The notes: a model not told the origin generated them from the sequence alone. Positions 36,195 to 45,231 are shown, counted from the first letter of the stretch. The stretch: 56,327 nt of DNA from an uncultured Candidatus Saccharibacteria bacterium (GCA_964469335.1 CAYXYK010000005.1:1-56327); one strand, 5' to 3'. Program-made: numbers and translations.

Positions 36195-36335
36195 TCAGTG
36201 GAACAGGCGGGTGGCGACGGCGATCAAGATGATCGAGCCGGCCATGGAGAGGATCGCGGTACGCGACCAGTTCACGCTCATGGACAGGAACGAGGTGTGG
36301 CAGGCGATGACGGTCTGGCGGCGGGCTTGGCGCAT
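36195..36335 (-). CDS. Hypothetical 46-aa protein with C-terminal TM
   Basis: SD AAGGAG; promoter TTGACT-17-TAATGT; terminator at 36152; not in the ORF track. Confidence 0.6.
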   Translation of the reverse strand: MRQARRQTVIACHTSFLSMSVNWSRTAILSMAGSIILIAVATRLFH

Positions 36336-36373
36336 GGCAGCTCCTTGGCTGGTTGAAAGAAGGGTACCTCACT

Positions 36374-36402
36374 ACATTACCATAAATACTTAATATAGTC
36401 AA
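36374..36402 (-). promoter_or_regulatory. Sigma70 promoter
   Basis: TTGACT-17 nt-TAATGT. Confidence 0.7.
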
Positions 36403-36417
36403 GTATTTTGTTCCAAC

Positions 36418-36445
36418 AAAAAACCGCCCGGGTGGGCGGTTTTTT
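36418..36445 (-). terminator. Intrinsic terminator
   Basis: AAAAAACCGCCC-GGGT-GGGCGGTTTTTT. Confidence 0.8.
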
Positions 36446-36462
36446 CGAAGGGCTGAAGGATG

Positions 36463-36810
36463 TCAGCGCGGCAGGTCGTGGACGTTGTAGACGCGCCGGT
36501 TCGAGCGGCGGGTGATGAGCGTGATCGCACGCCTGCGTTCGTTCTGGTTGCGAACCAGCGCGGGGTGCAGCAGCCATCGCGACGTCTCGCGCAAGTGCCG
36601 GATGAACTCCTCGGCGCAGCCATCGGGATTGCCGGCGACATGGGCGATCACTTCTTCGATCGCATCGTCGATGCGGATGCTGCCGGCAATCAGGCGCTGG
36701 CCGATCTCGTGTCTGAACTCGCAGAACTTCTTCGGGGGCTCTTTTGCCGCTTGGGGGTGAAAGCCGCGGTGCGCGGCAGGCTTCTCTTGTCGTGCGGTCG
36801 CGAATGACAT
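36463..36810 (-). CDS. Hypothetical protein
   Basis: SD GAAGGAG; promoter TTGACT-17-AACAAT at 36893-36865. Confidence 0.7.
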   Translation of the reverse strand: MSFATARQEKPAAHRGFHPQAAKEPPKKFCEFRHEIGQRLIAGSIRIDDAIEEVIAHVAGNPDGCAEEFIRHLRETSRWLLHPALVRNQNERRRAITLITRRSNRRVYNVHDLPR

Positions 36811-36930
36811 CGATGCTCCTTCTTTCTTCGGTTGTGGTTACGGGCGGGGAACAACTAATCGTCTATTGTTCATGAGTTCAAAATGAAAGTCAAGAGAAAA
36901 AACTACCGCCCGAATCTCGGGCGGTAAGGA

Positions 36931-37197
36931 TCAGATAGGGACGAGTTCGATGCTGATCGAGTTGAATACTGCTTCGTGTACGGCGGCGATATCGGCAGCC
37001 GGAACGAAAACCGGGAAGCGGCGATACTTCGGGTGAGCTTGCGAAACGTCGATTGCACCGCCGAATTCGTTGTAGACCAGGGTGCCGCGTCGTTTTCGGG
37101 TGTAGGGGATCTTGCCGTAGACGCACTCGTCAGAATAGCAGAGCAGGGCCTCTCCCGGACGAGTCTCGGGGTGGATGAAAGGGGTGCGGGTATTCAT
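36931..37197 (-). CDS. Hypothetical protein (HPE...KR.G..Y...G...PVFV family), paralog 2
   Basis: SD AAGGAG; promoter TTGACA-16-TACCAT; terminator at 36904-36926. Confidence 0.75.
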   Translation of the reverse strand: MNTRTPFIHPETRPGEALLCYSDECVYGKIPYTRKRRGTLVYNEFGGAIDVSQAHPKYRRFPVFVPAADIAAVHEAVFNSISIELVPI

Positions 37198-37313
37198 CAG
37201 AACTCCTTGCGAAGTGAAGGGGACCATCTGAGTAAAATGGTACTCTCGCGCGAAAGGGTGTCAATCAAAACGCCACCCCGGTTGGTGTAGGGTGGCGCAG
37301 AGGCGAAGCTGCT

Positions 37314-37580
37314 TCAGTCGGACGGTGCAAGCGGGACCAAAAGCCCCTTTCCTTGCCGATCCTCGAATTCTTCTCGGCTGACGAAGACCGGAACCAGTCG
37401 CTGTTCAGGGATCGTTCCGCCCTGCGGGATCTGCTCACCGCCTTGGTCGTAGCAGATTTGACCTTCGTACTTCATATTCCAGTCGAGCCGACGGAACGCA
37501 CTTCTCGGCATGTTGCCGATGAATACGTAGCCGTCCGGACACTCGGGGTGGATGAGCTTGATGTGCAGGTCCTTGTTCAT
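37314..37580 (-). CDS. Hypothetical protein (HPE...PVFV family), paralog 1
   Basis: SD GAAGGAG; promoter TTGACA-16-TAATCT; terminator at 37271-37297. Confidence 0.75.
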   Translation of the reverse strand: MNKDLHIKLIHPECPDGYVFIGNMPRSAFRRLDWNMKYEGQICYDQGGEQIPQGGTIPEQRLVPVFVSREEFEDRQGKGLLVPLAPSD

Positions 37581-37632
37581 GAGCACTCCTTCGGTGGGTT
37601 GTTCTTTGCTGAGATTACAATGGAATTCTTGA

Positions 37633-37660
37633 TTGTCAAATTTGTCTTTTTTGCTATACT
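37633..37660 (+). promoter_or_regulatory. rnpB promoter
   Basis: TTGTCA-16-TATACT with extended TG. Confidence 0.7.
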
Positions 37661-37669
37661 CCATTTGCC

Positions 37670-38007
37670 CTGCATTGGGCAGTCGCCGTCGATCTATAAC
37701 ATCGACGGAGGAAAGTCTGAACTCCCACTCTGTATAAGAGTTAAGAGGGTAGTGGGCAATTCCCATCGTCCGCAAGGATAGAGGTGCGAGCAGAGACGCT
37801 TCAGACGAAAGAACGAAGCATCCGTCGCAAGGTGGATGAGTCCTCATGGCAACATGAGGGGTGAAACGGCTAAATCCTTACTCGGGTGCAAGGCCGTGCC
37901 TTCCGCAAGGAGGGAGTGCCGCTTGAGCGTGTCGGTAACGATGCGCCTAGATAAATGACTGCACAGGATGCGTAAGTATCCGGACAGAATTCGGCTTATA
38001 GATGCAG
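37670..38007 (+). ncRNA. rnpB: RNase P RNA
   Basis: GAGGAAAGTC, GGTGAAACGG, ACAGAATTCGGCTTAT P4 motifs; P1 CTGCAT/ATGCAG. Confidence 0.96.
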
Positions 38008-38279
38008 AGCGCATGAAAGAACCACCCAAAAGGTGGTTCTTTCTCGATATTTTTTATCACGAAAACATGATGGTTGGCATCATCTCAGATTTATTGTGAA
38101 ATTTATGAATTGTGCACATTTTTCACACGATTTCATCCCGTACACATGTTATACTCTATGGGCTAAAACTCTTTTGGAGGAAGAGCGATATTTGCAAACG
38201 CGTTCGTGGATGAGAATATTTTTTCGTTCACGCACGAGACTGCAGTGTTCGATTTATTATAGGTATTCAATAGTTATTT

Positions 38280-40790
38280 ATGGAAGAACAACAACAAGAA
38301 GTCACTGTGCAGGAAAAGTCCGGAGGTGTCGCAAAAATGCTCCTCAGCAAAGTCGCCGGACACAAGATATTTTCGGATTCGGTGCTGAAATGGCTGTTGC
38401 TAGGAATAGCTTTTCTGCTCCCAGTATTCTTCGTTCCGGGGACTACGGTCGCACCAGAGTTCTCGAAGATGATCCTTCTGGAGGTCGTCGTCCTGTTCGG
38501 AACCTTCGCGTGGGCATTAAGTAGGCTTCGCGATGGACGCGTGATCCTCCCGAAGAGCTTCCTCCTTGTCGTCGCAGCACTCCTTGTCGTCGTGTTCATC
38601 GTTTCCGCGCTGCTTTCTCCGGCTCCGATCGTGTCGTTCTTCGGTTCAGGGTATGACATCGGGACGGTGAATACCTTCATTGTGCTCTTCCTCCTCATGT
38701 TCCTCTCCTCGAGTCTGTTCACAGACCGCAACAGGATACTTTCGCTCTATATCGCATTCCTCCTTTCCTCCGTCTTGATCATTGTCTACCAGCTCCTTCG
38801 TCGTGTATTCGGAGCAGATTTCCTCACCATGGGAGGAACATTCACATCGGCGGTCGCAACTCCGGTAGGAAAGTGGAACGACTTCGCCTCTCTCATCGGC
38901 GCACTGGAGATCCTTGTGCTCTCTACGCTCTACTTCTTCCCACAGAACAAGACCATTCGTATTCCCGCATACATATTATTCTTCGCGGGGTTGTTCTTCC
39001 TCCTGCTCATCGATTTCACCGTACTATGGATGATGCTCATCGTCTTTGTCGGCGGACTCATCGCGCTTTCTATCTATGAAGGAGAAGTTTCACATAAGCG
39101 CTTGGCTCACGAAGCTGCCGCAGAAGGTCGTGAACATAAACACAAAGCTGTCCACAAGCGTATGGCCTCGCATCTTCCTGCACTCGCAACCCTGCTTCTT
39201 GTCGTTTCACTCATCTATGGAACAGGTCTCTCGACCACACAGTGGGGAAAGAACAACGCGACGATTGCCACTTGGGTCAGTTCAGCGCTCAAGGCCTCGC
39301 CATACTCTGAAGTTGTGCTCACTCCGAAAACAACCTATGAGGTTGTTGCTGGGACACTCAAGGATTCGCCCGTCTTCGGTACAGGTCCGAACCGCTTCGC
39401 TTCAAGTTTCCTCGTCCACAAGTCATCGGACATGAATCGTACTCCGTTCTGGGATACCGCATTCGATTTTGGCCTCGGACGCATCCCTACGTACTTCGGT
39501 ACGACCGGCATCGCTGGTATGGTGCTGTGGTTCGCCTTCATTCTGCTGCTTCTCGTGAAGGCACGCTACATCAAGCGTTTGTTTCAAAAAGACCGCATCG
39601 CCGCTTACCTCGCATTCTCACTCTTTGTGCTGACACTCTACTTCTGGGGTCTTGCGTTCTTCTATCTTCCGAACATCTCGATATTCGCACTTGCGTTCAT
39701 CTTCGCCGGTGCACTCATCGCTTTCCTCTCGGGCGAAGGAGTCGTGAAGCATCTCGACGTGAAATTCGAAGAGAGTGCCCGCGCTTCATTCGTATTCACT
39801 CCGATCATCATCGTACTCCTCATCGGAACGGTCGCAGGTTCCTACATGCTCTATCGCCAGGTGTCGTCACTCGTTGCGTATCATGATGCGCAGCTCGCGA
39901 TCGCGGCAAGCAACGTCGACCAGGCTGAAGCCGCACTCAAGCGCGCGAACGATCTTTCCAGTCGGGATATTTACCTGCGCTCGCTTTCGAATGTCGCACT
40001 GCTTCGCCTCACACAGCTCGCAGGACAGCAACTTCCGCAGGCGGAATTTCAGGCAAAAGCGAATCAGCTCATCGCCGACGCGCGCATCAACGCTGAGGAT
40101 GCGGTGAAGCTCGACCCGACAAACTTCGAGAACTACCTTCAGCTTGGTGGTGTGTACGATACGCTCGGCTCGCTTGGTATTCAGGGCACGACCGATCCGG
40201 CGCGCCAGAACTACCAGCAGGCACTCCTTCTCAATCCGAAGAGTCCTCGCGTGTTGTTCACCATGGCACGACTCGAATACCTTGCCAACGATCATGCCAA
40301 AGCTAAGGAATATCTTGGACGCGCACTCGCAGAGCGTCCGAACTATCTCGAAGCGGTCTCGTTCCTCGTCCAGCTCGACCTTCAGGACAAGAATCCCGAA
40401 GATGCGATCGCCGCACTCAAACTTTCTATCGCAGCCGAGCCCACCAACTTCCTGCTCCACTTCGCTCTAGGGTACCTCCAGTATGCGAAGCGCGACTATG
40501 CGTCAGCGATCCCCGAATTCGAGGGTGCAGTCATCCTCAATCCTGTCTACGCAGATGCGAAGTACTTCCTTGGTCTATCGTACTATCGTGTCAATCGTAC
40601 AGCTGAAGCGGTGCAACAGTTCACCGATGTACAGACGCTCAATCCGGACAACAAGGATGTCACCAAGATACTCTCGAACATCAAAGCAGGACGTGATCCG
40701 TTCGATGCTGGGTATGTCGCGCCGACACAGCCAGTCTCGGATGCGCTCAAGGACCTCAATAAGGGGACACCTGCCAAAACGACGAATTAG
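38280..40790 (+). CDS. Multi-TM (O-antigen ligase/Wzy_C-like) protein with C-terminal TPR repeats
   Basis: About 12 TMs, PVFGTGPNRF motif, several TPR helix pairs. Confidence 0.8.
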   Translation: MEEQQQEVTVQEKSGGVAKMLLSKVAGHKIFSDSVLKWLLLGIAFLLPVFFVPGTTVAPEFSKMILLEVVVLFGTFAWALSRLRDGRVILPKSFLLVVAALLVVVFIVSALLSPAPIVSFFGSGYDIGTVNTFIVLFLLMFLSSSLFTDRNRILSLYIAFLLSSVLIIVYQLLRRVFGADFLTMGGTFTSAVATPVGKWNDFASLIGALEILVLSTLYFFPQNKTIRIPAYILFFAGLFFLLLIDFTVLWMMLIVFVGGLIALSIYEGEVSHKRLAHEAAAEGREHKHKAVHKRMASHLPALATLLLVVSLIYGTGLSTTQWGKNNATIATWVSSALKASPYSEVVLTPKTTYEVVAGTLKDSPVFGTGPNRFASSFLVHKSSDMNRTPFWDTAFDFGLGRIPTYFGTTGIAGMVLWFAFILLLLVKARYIKRLFQKDRIAAYLAFSLFVLTLYFWGLAFFYLPNISIFALAFIFAGALIAFLSGEGVVKHLDVKFEESARASFVFTPIIIVLLIGTVAGSYMLYRQVSSLVAYHDAQLAIAASNVDQAEAALKRANDLSSRDIYLRSLSNVALLRLTQLAGQQLPQAEFQAKANQLIADARINAEDAVKLDPTNFENYLQLGGVYDTLGSLGIQGTTDPARQNYQQALLLNPKSPRVLFTMARLEYLANDHAKAKEYLGRALAERPNYLEAVSFLVQLDLQDKNPEDAIAALKLSIAAEPTNFLLHFALGYLQYAKRDYASAIPEFEGAVILNPVYADAKYFLGLSYYRVNRTAEAVQQFTDVQTLNPDNKDVTKILSNIKAGRDPFDAGYVAPTQPVSDALKDLNKGTPAKTTN

Positions 40791-40808
40791 TTCGTCCTGG
40801 CAACCGAT

Positions 40809-42512
40809 ATGGTTGAGCGCCTCCTCAAAATGTTCAATAGAGAATGGAGCGGCCTGCATGAGGCCGCCTTTCTCTTGGCGGGAACTGCATTTTTCTCGCA
40901 GGCACTCGGCTTAGTTCGCGATCGTCTGCTTGCTCATCGATTCGGAGCAGGGGAGCAGCTCGACATCTATTACGCGGCATTTCGGATCCCTGACCTCATT
41001 TATGCGTCGGTCGCCTCGTTCGTCGCAGTGACCGTGCTGATCCCGTTTCTTCTGGAGCGGATGGACCAAGGAGAAAAGAAGGCGGGGAAGGTAGGAGAAA
41101 TAGAAGGGGCGAAGAAATTTGTGAATTCGATCTTCACCTCATTCGTACTGATGATGCTTGCCGCTTCGACGCTCGTCTATTTTCTGATCCCGGAGTGGGG
41201 GCATGCGATCGTCCCCGGATTCAGCGGCACGGCTTATGACGAGTATGTCCTCCTGACCCGTATCCTGCTCCTCTCACCGTTCCTGCTCGGTATCTCAAAC
41301 CTCTTCGGCAGTGTTACACAGTCACTTCGGCGGTTCTTCGTTTTCGCGGCAGGTCCGATCCTCTATAACCTCGGCATCATCATCGGTATCATCTTCTTGT
41401 TACCCAAGTATGGGCTTGTCGGCGTCGTCATCGGTGTCGTGTTTGGTGCCGTGCTCCATCTATCGATCCAGCTCCCTGTGCTCATCAGCGAACACATCGT
41501 TCCGCGCATCACCTTTTCCGTAAATTGGTATGACGTGAAGCGGGTCGTGATGCTTTCGATCCCTCGTACGATCGCACTCTCGGCGACACAGATCGCCACC
41601 ATCGTCTTGGTCCAGTTCGCTTCGAAGATCGAGGTCGGCTCTATCGCCGTCTTCACATTGGCGATGAATTTGCAGAGTATACCGCTCTCGATCGTGGGAA
41701 TGAGCTATTCGGTCGCAGCTTTCCCGACACTCGCAAAACTTTGGACAGGAGGGAACAAAGAACAGTTCGCTCACCAAATTGCGGTCGCCACTCGCCACAT
41801 CATGTTCTGGTCGTTCCCAGCGATCATACTTTTCATCGTACTTCGTGCCCAGATCGTCCGCACCATACTCGGGACCGGCGCATTCGATTGGACGGCGACC
41901 CGCCTGACCGCTGCGGCACTTGCGCTGTTCGCGATCTCGGTCGTCGCACAGAATCTTGTCCTCCTCTATACCCGAGCCTTCTATGCGATGGGGAAGACCA
42001 AGTTGCCACTTTGGGCCAATCTCTTTGGCGGCGTAGTCATCATTCTCATCTCATCGTTCTTGCTATCGCTCTATGACACACACCCGGTGTTCAGATATTT
42101 CGCCGAGACACTCTTACGTGTCGAGGATATCCGCGGTACGAAGATCCTGATGCTTCCTTTAGGCTACTCGCTCGGAATGATCCTCAACGTTACGATCCTC
42201 TTGTTCATTCTACGCGGGATCTTTTCAGATCTGTTCATCAAGGTGAAGAAAGCGTTCCTGCATAGCTTCTCATCGTCGGTCCTGCTTGGTTTCGTCTCCT
42301 ATCATTCGTTGCAGGCATTCGCACTTATTCTCGACCTCAATACCTTCTTGGGTATTTTCCTCCAAGGGGTATTCTCCGGAGCGATAGGGCTTCTCGCTTG
42401 GGTGTTCTTCCTTCGCCTGATGGAGAACGAGGAAATGGTCGAGATCTGGAATTCTTTGCATCATAAGTTCTGGAAGAAAGCCCCGATCGCTACCGAGGTA
42501 GAGAGTTTCTAG
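40809..42512 (+). CDS. murJ: Lipid II flippase MurJ (MviN)
   Basis: SQALGLVRDRLLA..FG.G..LDIYYAAFRIPD, AGPILYN and FPTLA motifs. Confidence 0.93.
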   Translation: MVERLLKMFNREWSGLHEAAFLLAGTAFFSQALGLVRDRLLAHRFGAGEQLDIYYAAFRIPDLIYASVASFVAVTVLIPFLLERMDQGEKKAGKVGEIEGAKKFVNSIFTSFVLMMLAASTLVYFLIPEWGHAIVPGFSGTAYDEYVLLTRILLLSPFLLGISNLFGSVTQSLRRFFVFAAGPILYNLGIIIGIIFLLPKYGLVGVVIGVVFGAVLHLSIQLPVLISEHIVPRITFSVNWYDVKRVVMLSIPRTIALSATQIATIVLVQFASKIEVGSIAVFTLAMNLQSIPLSIVGMSYSVAAFPTLAKLWTGGNKEQFAHQIAVATRHIMFWSFPAIILFIVLRAQIVRTILGTGAFDWTATRLTAAALALFAISVVAQNLVLLYTRAFYAMGKTKLPLWANLFGGVVIILISSFLLSLYDTHPVFRYFAETLLRVEDIRGTKILMLPLGYSLGMILNVTILLFILRGIFSDLFIKVKKAFLHSFSSSVLLGFVSYHSLQAFALILDLNTFLGIFLQGVFSGAIGLLAWVFFLRLMENEEMVEIWNSLHHKFWKKAPIATEVESF

Positions 42513-42582
42513 ATATTCGTCAGAAAAATCGTTCCACGCTCGATTTTCGGGGTTCTATGCTAGTATAGAACCCACAACAGTC

Positions 42583-44385
42583 ATGGACCGGAAACACATA
42601 AGGAATTTCAGTATTATCGCCCATATTGACCACGGAAAATCGACCCTCGCGGATCGGCTTCTTGAGATCACCCACACCATCGAAAAGCGCAAGATGCAGG
42701 AGCAAGTACTCGACTCGATGGAGCTCGAGCGCGAGCGCGGTATCACTATTAAGATGCAGCCGGTACGGATGAGCTACAAGAAAGGGGATGAAGAGTACCT
42801 GATCAACCTGATCGACACCCCGGGGCATATCGATTTTTCCTACGAAGTCTCTCGTGCGCTGAACGCGGTCGAAGGAACACTGCTCTTGGTGGATTCGACT
42901 CAGGGCGTGCAGGCACAGACGCTCACCACGCTCCAGATGGCGCGAGAGCATGGCCTCACCATCATCCCAGTACTCTCGAAGATCGATTCACCGCTCGCGC
43001 GCGTGGACGAAGTGCGGGACGAGATCGTCTCGCTCCTCAAAGTGGATCCGAGCGAAGTGATGCTTGTCTCCGGACGTACCGGCGAAGGAGTCCCAGAGTT
43101 GCTTGACGAGATAGTGAGGCGCATTCCTCCACCATCTGAGGAATTTGCCGGCACCAAGAGTGCCCGCGCGCTTATTTTCGATTTTTCATACTCCAACCAC
43201 CGTGGTGTCATCCTTTATGTGCGCGTGCTCGACGGAAGTGTGAAGAAAGGAAGTGAACTCATCTTCCTCGGCGCAAAAGAGAAGTTCTTTGCGGTCGAGG
43301 TGGGATATTTCGCCCCCGCACAGACCGAGAAGAACGAACTCATGGCAGGAGAGATCGGATACATCGTCTCCGGGATCAAACGTCCGGGAGTCGCGGGTGT
43401 TGGTGATACGGTCACCGTGTTCAAAGAGCAGCTACCAGCTCTTCCCGGCTATGCAAAGCCAAGGCCGGTGGTATGGGCTTCGGTCTTTCCGGAGAGTCAG
43501 GATGATCTTTCGATGTTGCGCCAAGCACTTGAGCGATTGCAGCTTTCGGATTCATCGCTGACGTTCGAAGAGGAGGCATCCGGAAATCTCGGCCGCGGAT
43601 TCCGTTGCGGTTTTCTCGGTATGCTCCATCTTGAGATCATCACTGAACGATTGAAACGCGAATTCGATCTCGAGCTCGTCGTCACCACTCCGACTATCAC
43701 GTATGAAATTACCCACAAACAGACCAAGGAGGTCGACATCATCTACTCTCCCGCGCTCTTTCCCGATGATGCGTTCATCGCATCAGTCCGTGAGCCATGG
43801 ATCGATGGAGAGATCATTCTCCCGCCCGATTACGTCGGTCCGGTCAATCAGCTCCTGTACGAACATGAAGCTGAGTCCGGCAATACCGACATCTTCGGAG
43901 AGAATCGTTTCAAGGTGGAGTTCAAGATGCCGCTACGAGAACTCATGCGTGGATTCTTCGATAAGCTGAAATCGGTTTCATCCGGTTTCGCGAGTCTCTC
44001 GTATGAGCTCGGCGGGTTTCGAGACGCCGAAGTAACCCGTATGGACATTCTCGTGAATGATGAGCCGGTGTCCGCATTCTCTCGCGTCGTATCCAAACGC
44101 CGCGCACAGGAGGAAGGGGAGGCAGCAGTGAAGAAACTCGCCAAGGCGATGCCTCGTCAGATGATCGTCGTGAAGATGCAGGCAAAAGTGATGGGCAAGA
44201 TCATCTCCTCAGAACGCCTCTCTGCACTCAAAAAGGACGTCACTGGATATCTCTATGGAGGAGACATCACCCGCAAAATGAAGCTGCGCGAGAAGCAAAA
44301 GAAAGGAAAGAAGAAGATGCAGGAGATGGGGAATGTGAATATTCCGCAGGATGTGTTTGTCGCCATGATCCGCCCCGATGAATAA
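42583..44385 (+). CDS. lepA: Translation elongation factor 4 (LepA)
   Basis: IRNFSIIAHIDHGKSTLADRLL, ERERGITIK, DTPGHIDF, GFRCGFLGMLH and K.KLREKQK.GKKKM motifs. Confidence 0.98.
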   Translation: MDRKHIRNFSIIAHIDHGKSTLADRLLEITHTIEKRKMQEQVLDSMELERERGITIKMQPVRMSYKKGDEEYLINLIDTPGHIDFSYEVSRALNAVEGTLLLVDSTQGVQAQTLTTLQMAREHGLTIIPVLSKIDSPLARVDEVRDEIVSLLKVDPSEVMLVSGRTGEGVPELLDEIVRRIPPPSEEFAGTKSARALIFDFSYSNHRGVILYVRVLDGSVKKGSELIFLGAKEKFFAVEVGYFAPAQTEKNELMAGEIGYIVSGIKRPGVAGVGDTVTVFKEQLPALPGYAKPRPVVWASVFPESQDDLSMLRQALERLQLSDSSLTFEEEASGNLGRGFRCGFLGMLHLEIITERLKREFDLELVVTTPTITYEITHKQTKEVDIIYSPALFPDDAFIASVREPWIDGEIILPPDYVGPVNQLLYEHEAESGNTDIFGENRFKVEFKMPLRELMRGFFDKLKSVSSGFASLSYELGGFRDAEVTRMDILVNDEPVSAFSRVVSKRRAQEEGEAAVKKLAKAMPRQMIVVKMQAKVMGKIISSERLSALKKDVTGYLYGGDITRKMKLREKQKKGKKKMQEMGNVNIPQDVFVAMIRPDE

Positions 44386-44506
44386 CACAAGATTCTGACG
44401 CATTGCTTTGTCGCAATACGGCGGCGACCCCATCACAATACAGGAGTACTGCTCAGGGGTACGCCGCCTTTTGCTTCGCGCACTGCATTCATAATCTTTT
44501 GTTATT
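44381..44506. repeat. Hairpin element A, second copy, flanked by a 14-bp inverted repeat that includes the lepA stop
   Basis: AATAACACAAGATT (44381-44394) and AATCTTTTGTTATT (44493-44506); core similar to 21202-21291. Confidence 0.85.
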
Positions 44507-44559
44507 GGCGTGAGAAGGGTAGAAAGTAGTAAAAATATTGCTCGTTTTGGTACATATGA

Positions 44560-44598
44560 AAAACCGCTCGGCACACTGGGGTGTGCGCGAGCGGCGGT
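44560..44598 (-). terminator. Terminator of the 44610 gene
   Basis: CCGCTCG-GCACAC-tggg-GTGTGC-GCGAGCGG with a T tract on the minus strand. Confidence 0.7.
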
Positions 44599-44609
44599 GT
44601 CAGGGGGGG

Positions 44610-44936
44610 CTACAGAGCGCCGAGCATCCACTCTGTCGGTGCGAAACCGATCGCTCCACGCATGATGATCATCTCGAGTGCGGCGTCTTCGGTCGGGGTC
44701 TCGGTCGCAAGACGCGCTGCGTGGAGCAGCTTCTTGACGGCTTCCTCGCCAGGGTAGAAGAGGCGGTTCGGCCTCTTGTGTCGTGCAGCCGAGCGTTCTT
44801 CGGTGAACGCCATCCAGTAGCGGATCAGCACGAAGTATGTCAGCTTGAGCGCCTCGTCTTTCTCGACCGCTCGGGTGAGGGCCGGGAGGGCAAGGAGGAA
44901 AACCTCCGAATTGGTTCCGTCGGGTTTCGATGGCAT
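44610..44936 (-). CDS. Hypothetical protein
   Basis: SD AGGAG; flanked by terminators. Confidence 0.65.
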   Translation of the reverse strand: MPSKPDGTNSEVFLLALPALTRAVEKDEALKLTYFVLIRYWMAFTEERSAARHKRPNRLFYPGEEAVKKLLHAARLATETPTEDAALEMIIMRGAIGFAPTEWMLGAL

Positions 44937-45049
44937 GTGTGCTCCTGTGTTGCTGGGAAAGAGTCCCGAAAAAGCGTAACACTAAATCCCATAAAAACAA
45001 ATCCCGACGGAGATTTCTCTCCGCCGGGATATTGTGATCAGGAAGCTGA

Positions 45050-45166
45050 TTATTCGAAGAACGGGGTGATGTAGAGGGCCACCATCGAAAAGGCGATGAA
45101 GACCACAATCACTCCCCATACTGCGTTCATGAGCTTCTTATGCTTCTTGTTTCTGAGGAATAGCAT
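45050..45166 (-). CDS. Small basic single-TM protein (38 aa)
   Basis: MLFLRNKKHKKLMNAVWGVIVVFIAFSMVALYITPFFE; terminator hairpin at 45000-45032; not in the ORF track. Confidence 0.6.
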   Translation of the reverse strand: MLFLRNKKHKKLMNAVWGVIVVFIAFSMVALYITPFFE

Positions 45167-45231
45167 GGTTTTTCTTGGGTAGTTCGGATAGTTATATTTC
45201 TTGACCGAATGCGCTGTAGTATACTATAGAC

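Noticed and set aside
23028-37300. Cassette junctions as integron attC sites
   Set aside because: Type I has AAC...GTT ends, but the stems are short, lack the R/L box arrangement with extrahelical bases, and carry T tracts. The cassettes have their own promoters and no IntI is present in the window.
21190-37660. Accessory tract as a prophage or ICE
   Set aside because: No integrase, terminase, capsid, tail, relaxase or replication genes are recognisable, and core-like genes (M23, NUDIX, DUF805, GH13) are interspersed.
37581-37847. N-terminal extension of ORF 37314..37847
   Set aside because: It overlaps rnpB antisense; the SD and promoter support a start at 37580.
44209-45108. 299-aa minus-strand ORF
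   Set aside because: Arg/Pro-rich shadow frame that runs through terminators, element A and the lepA end.
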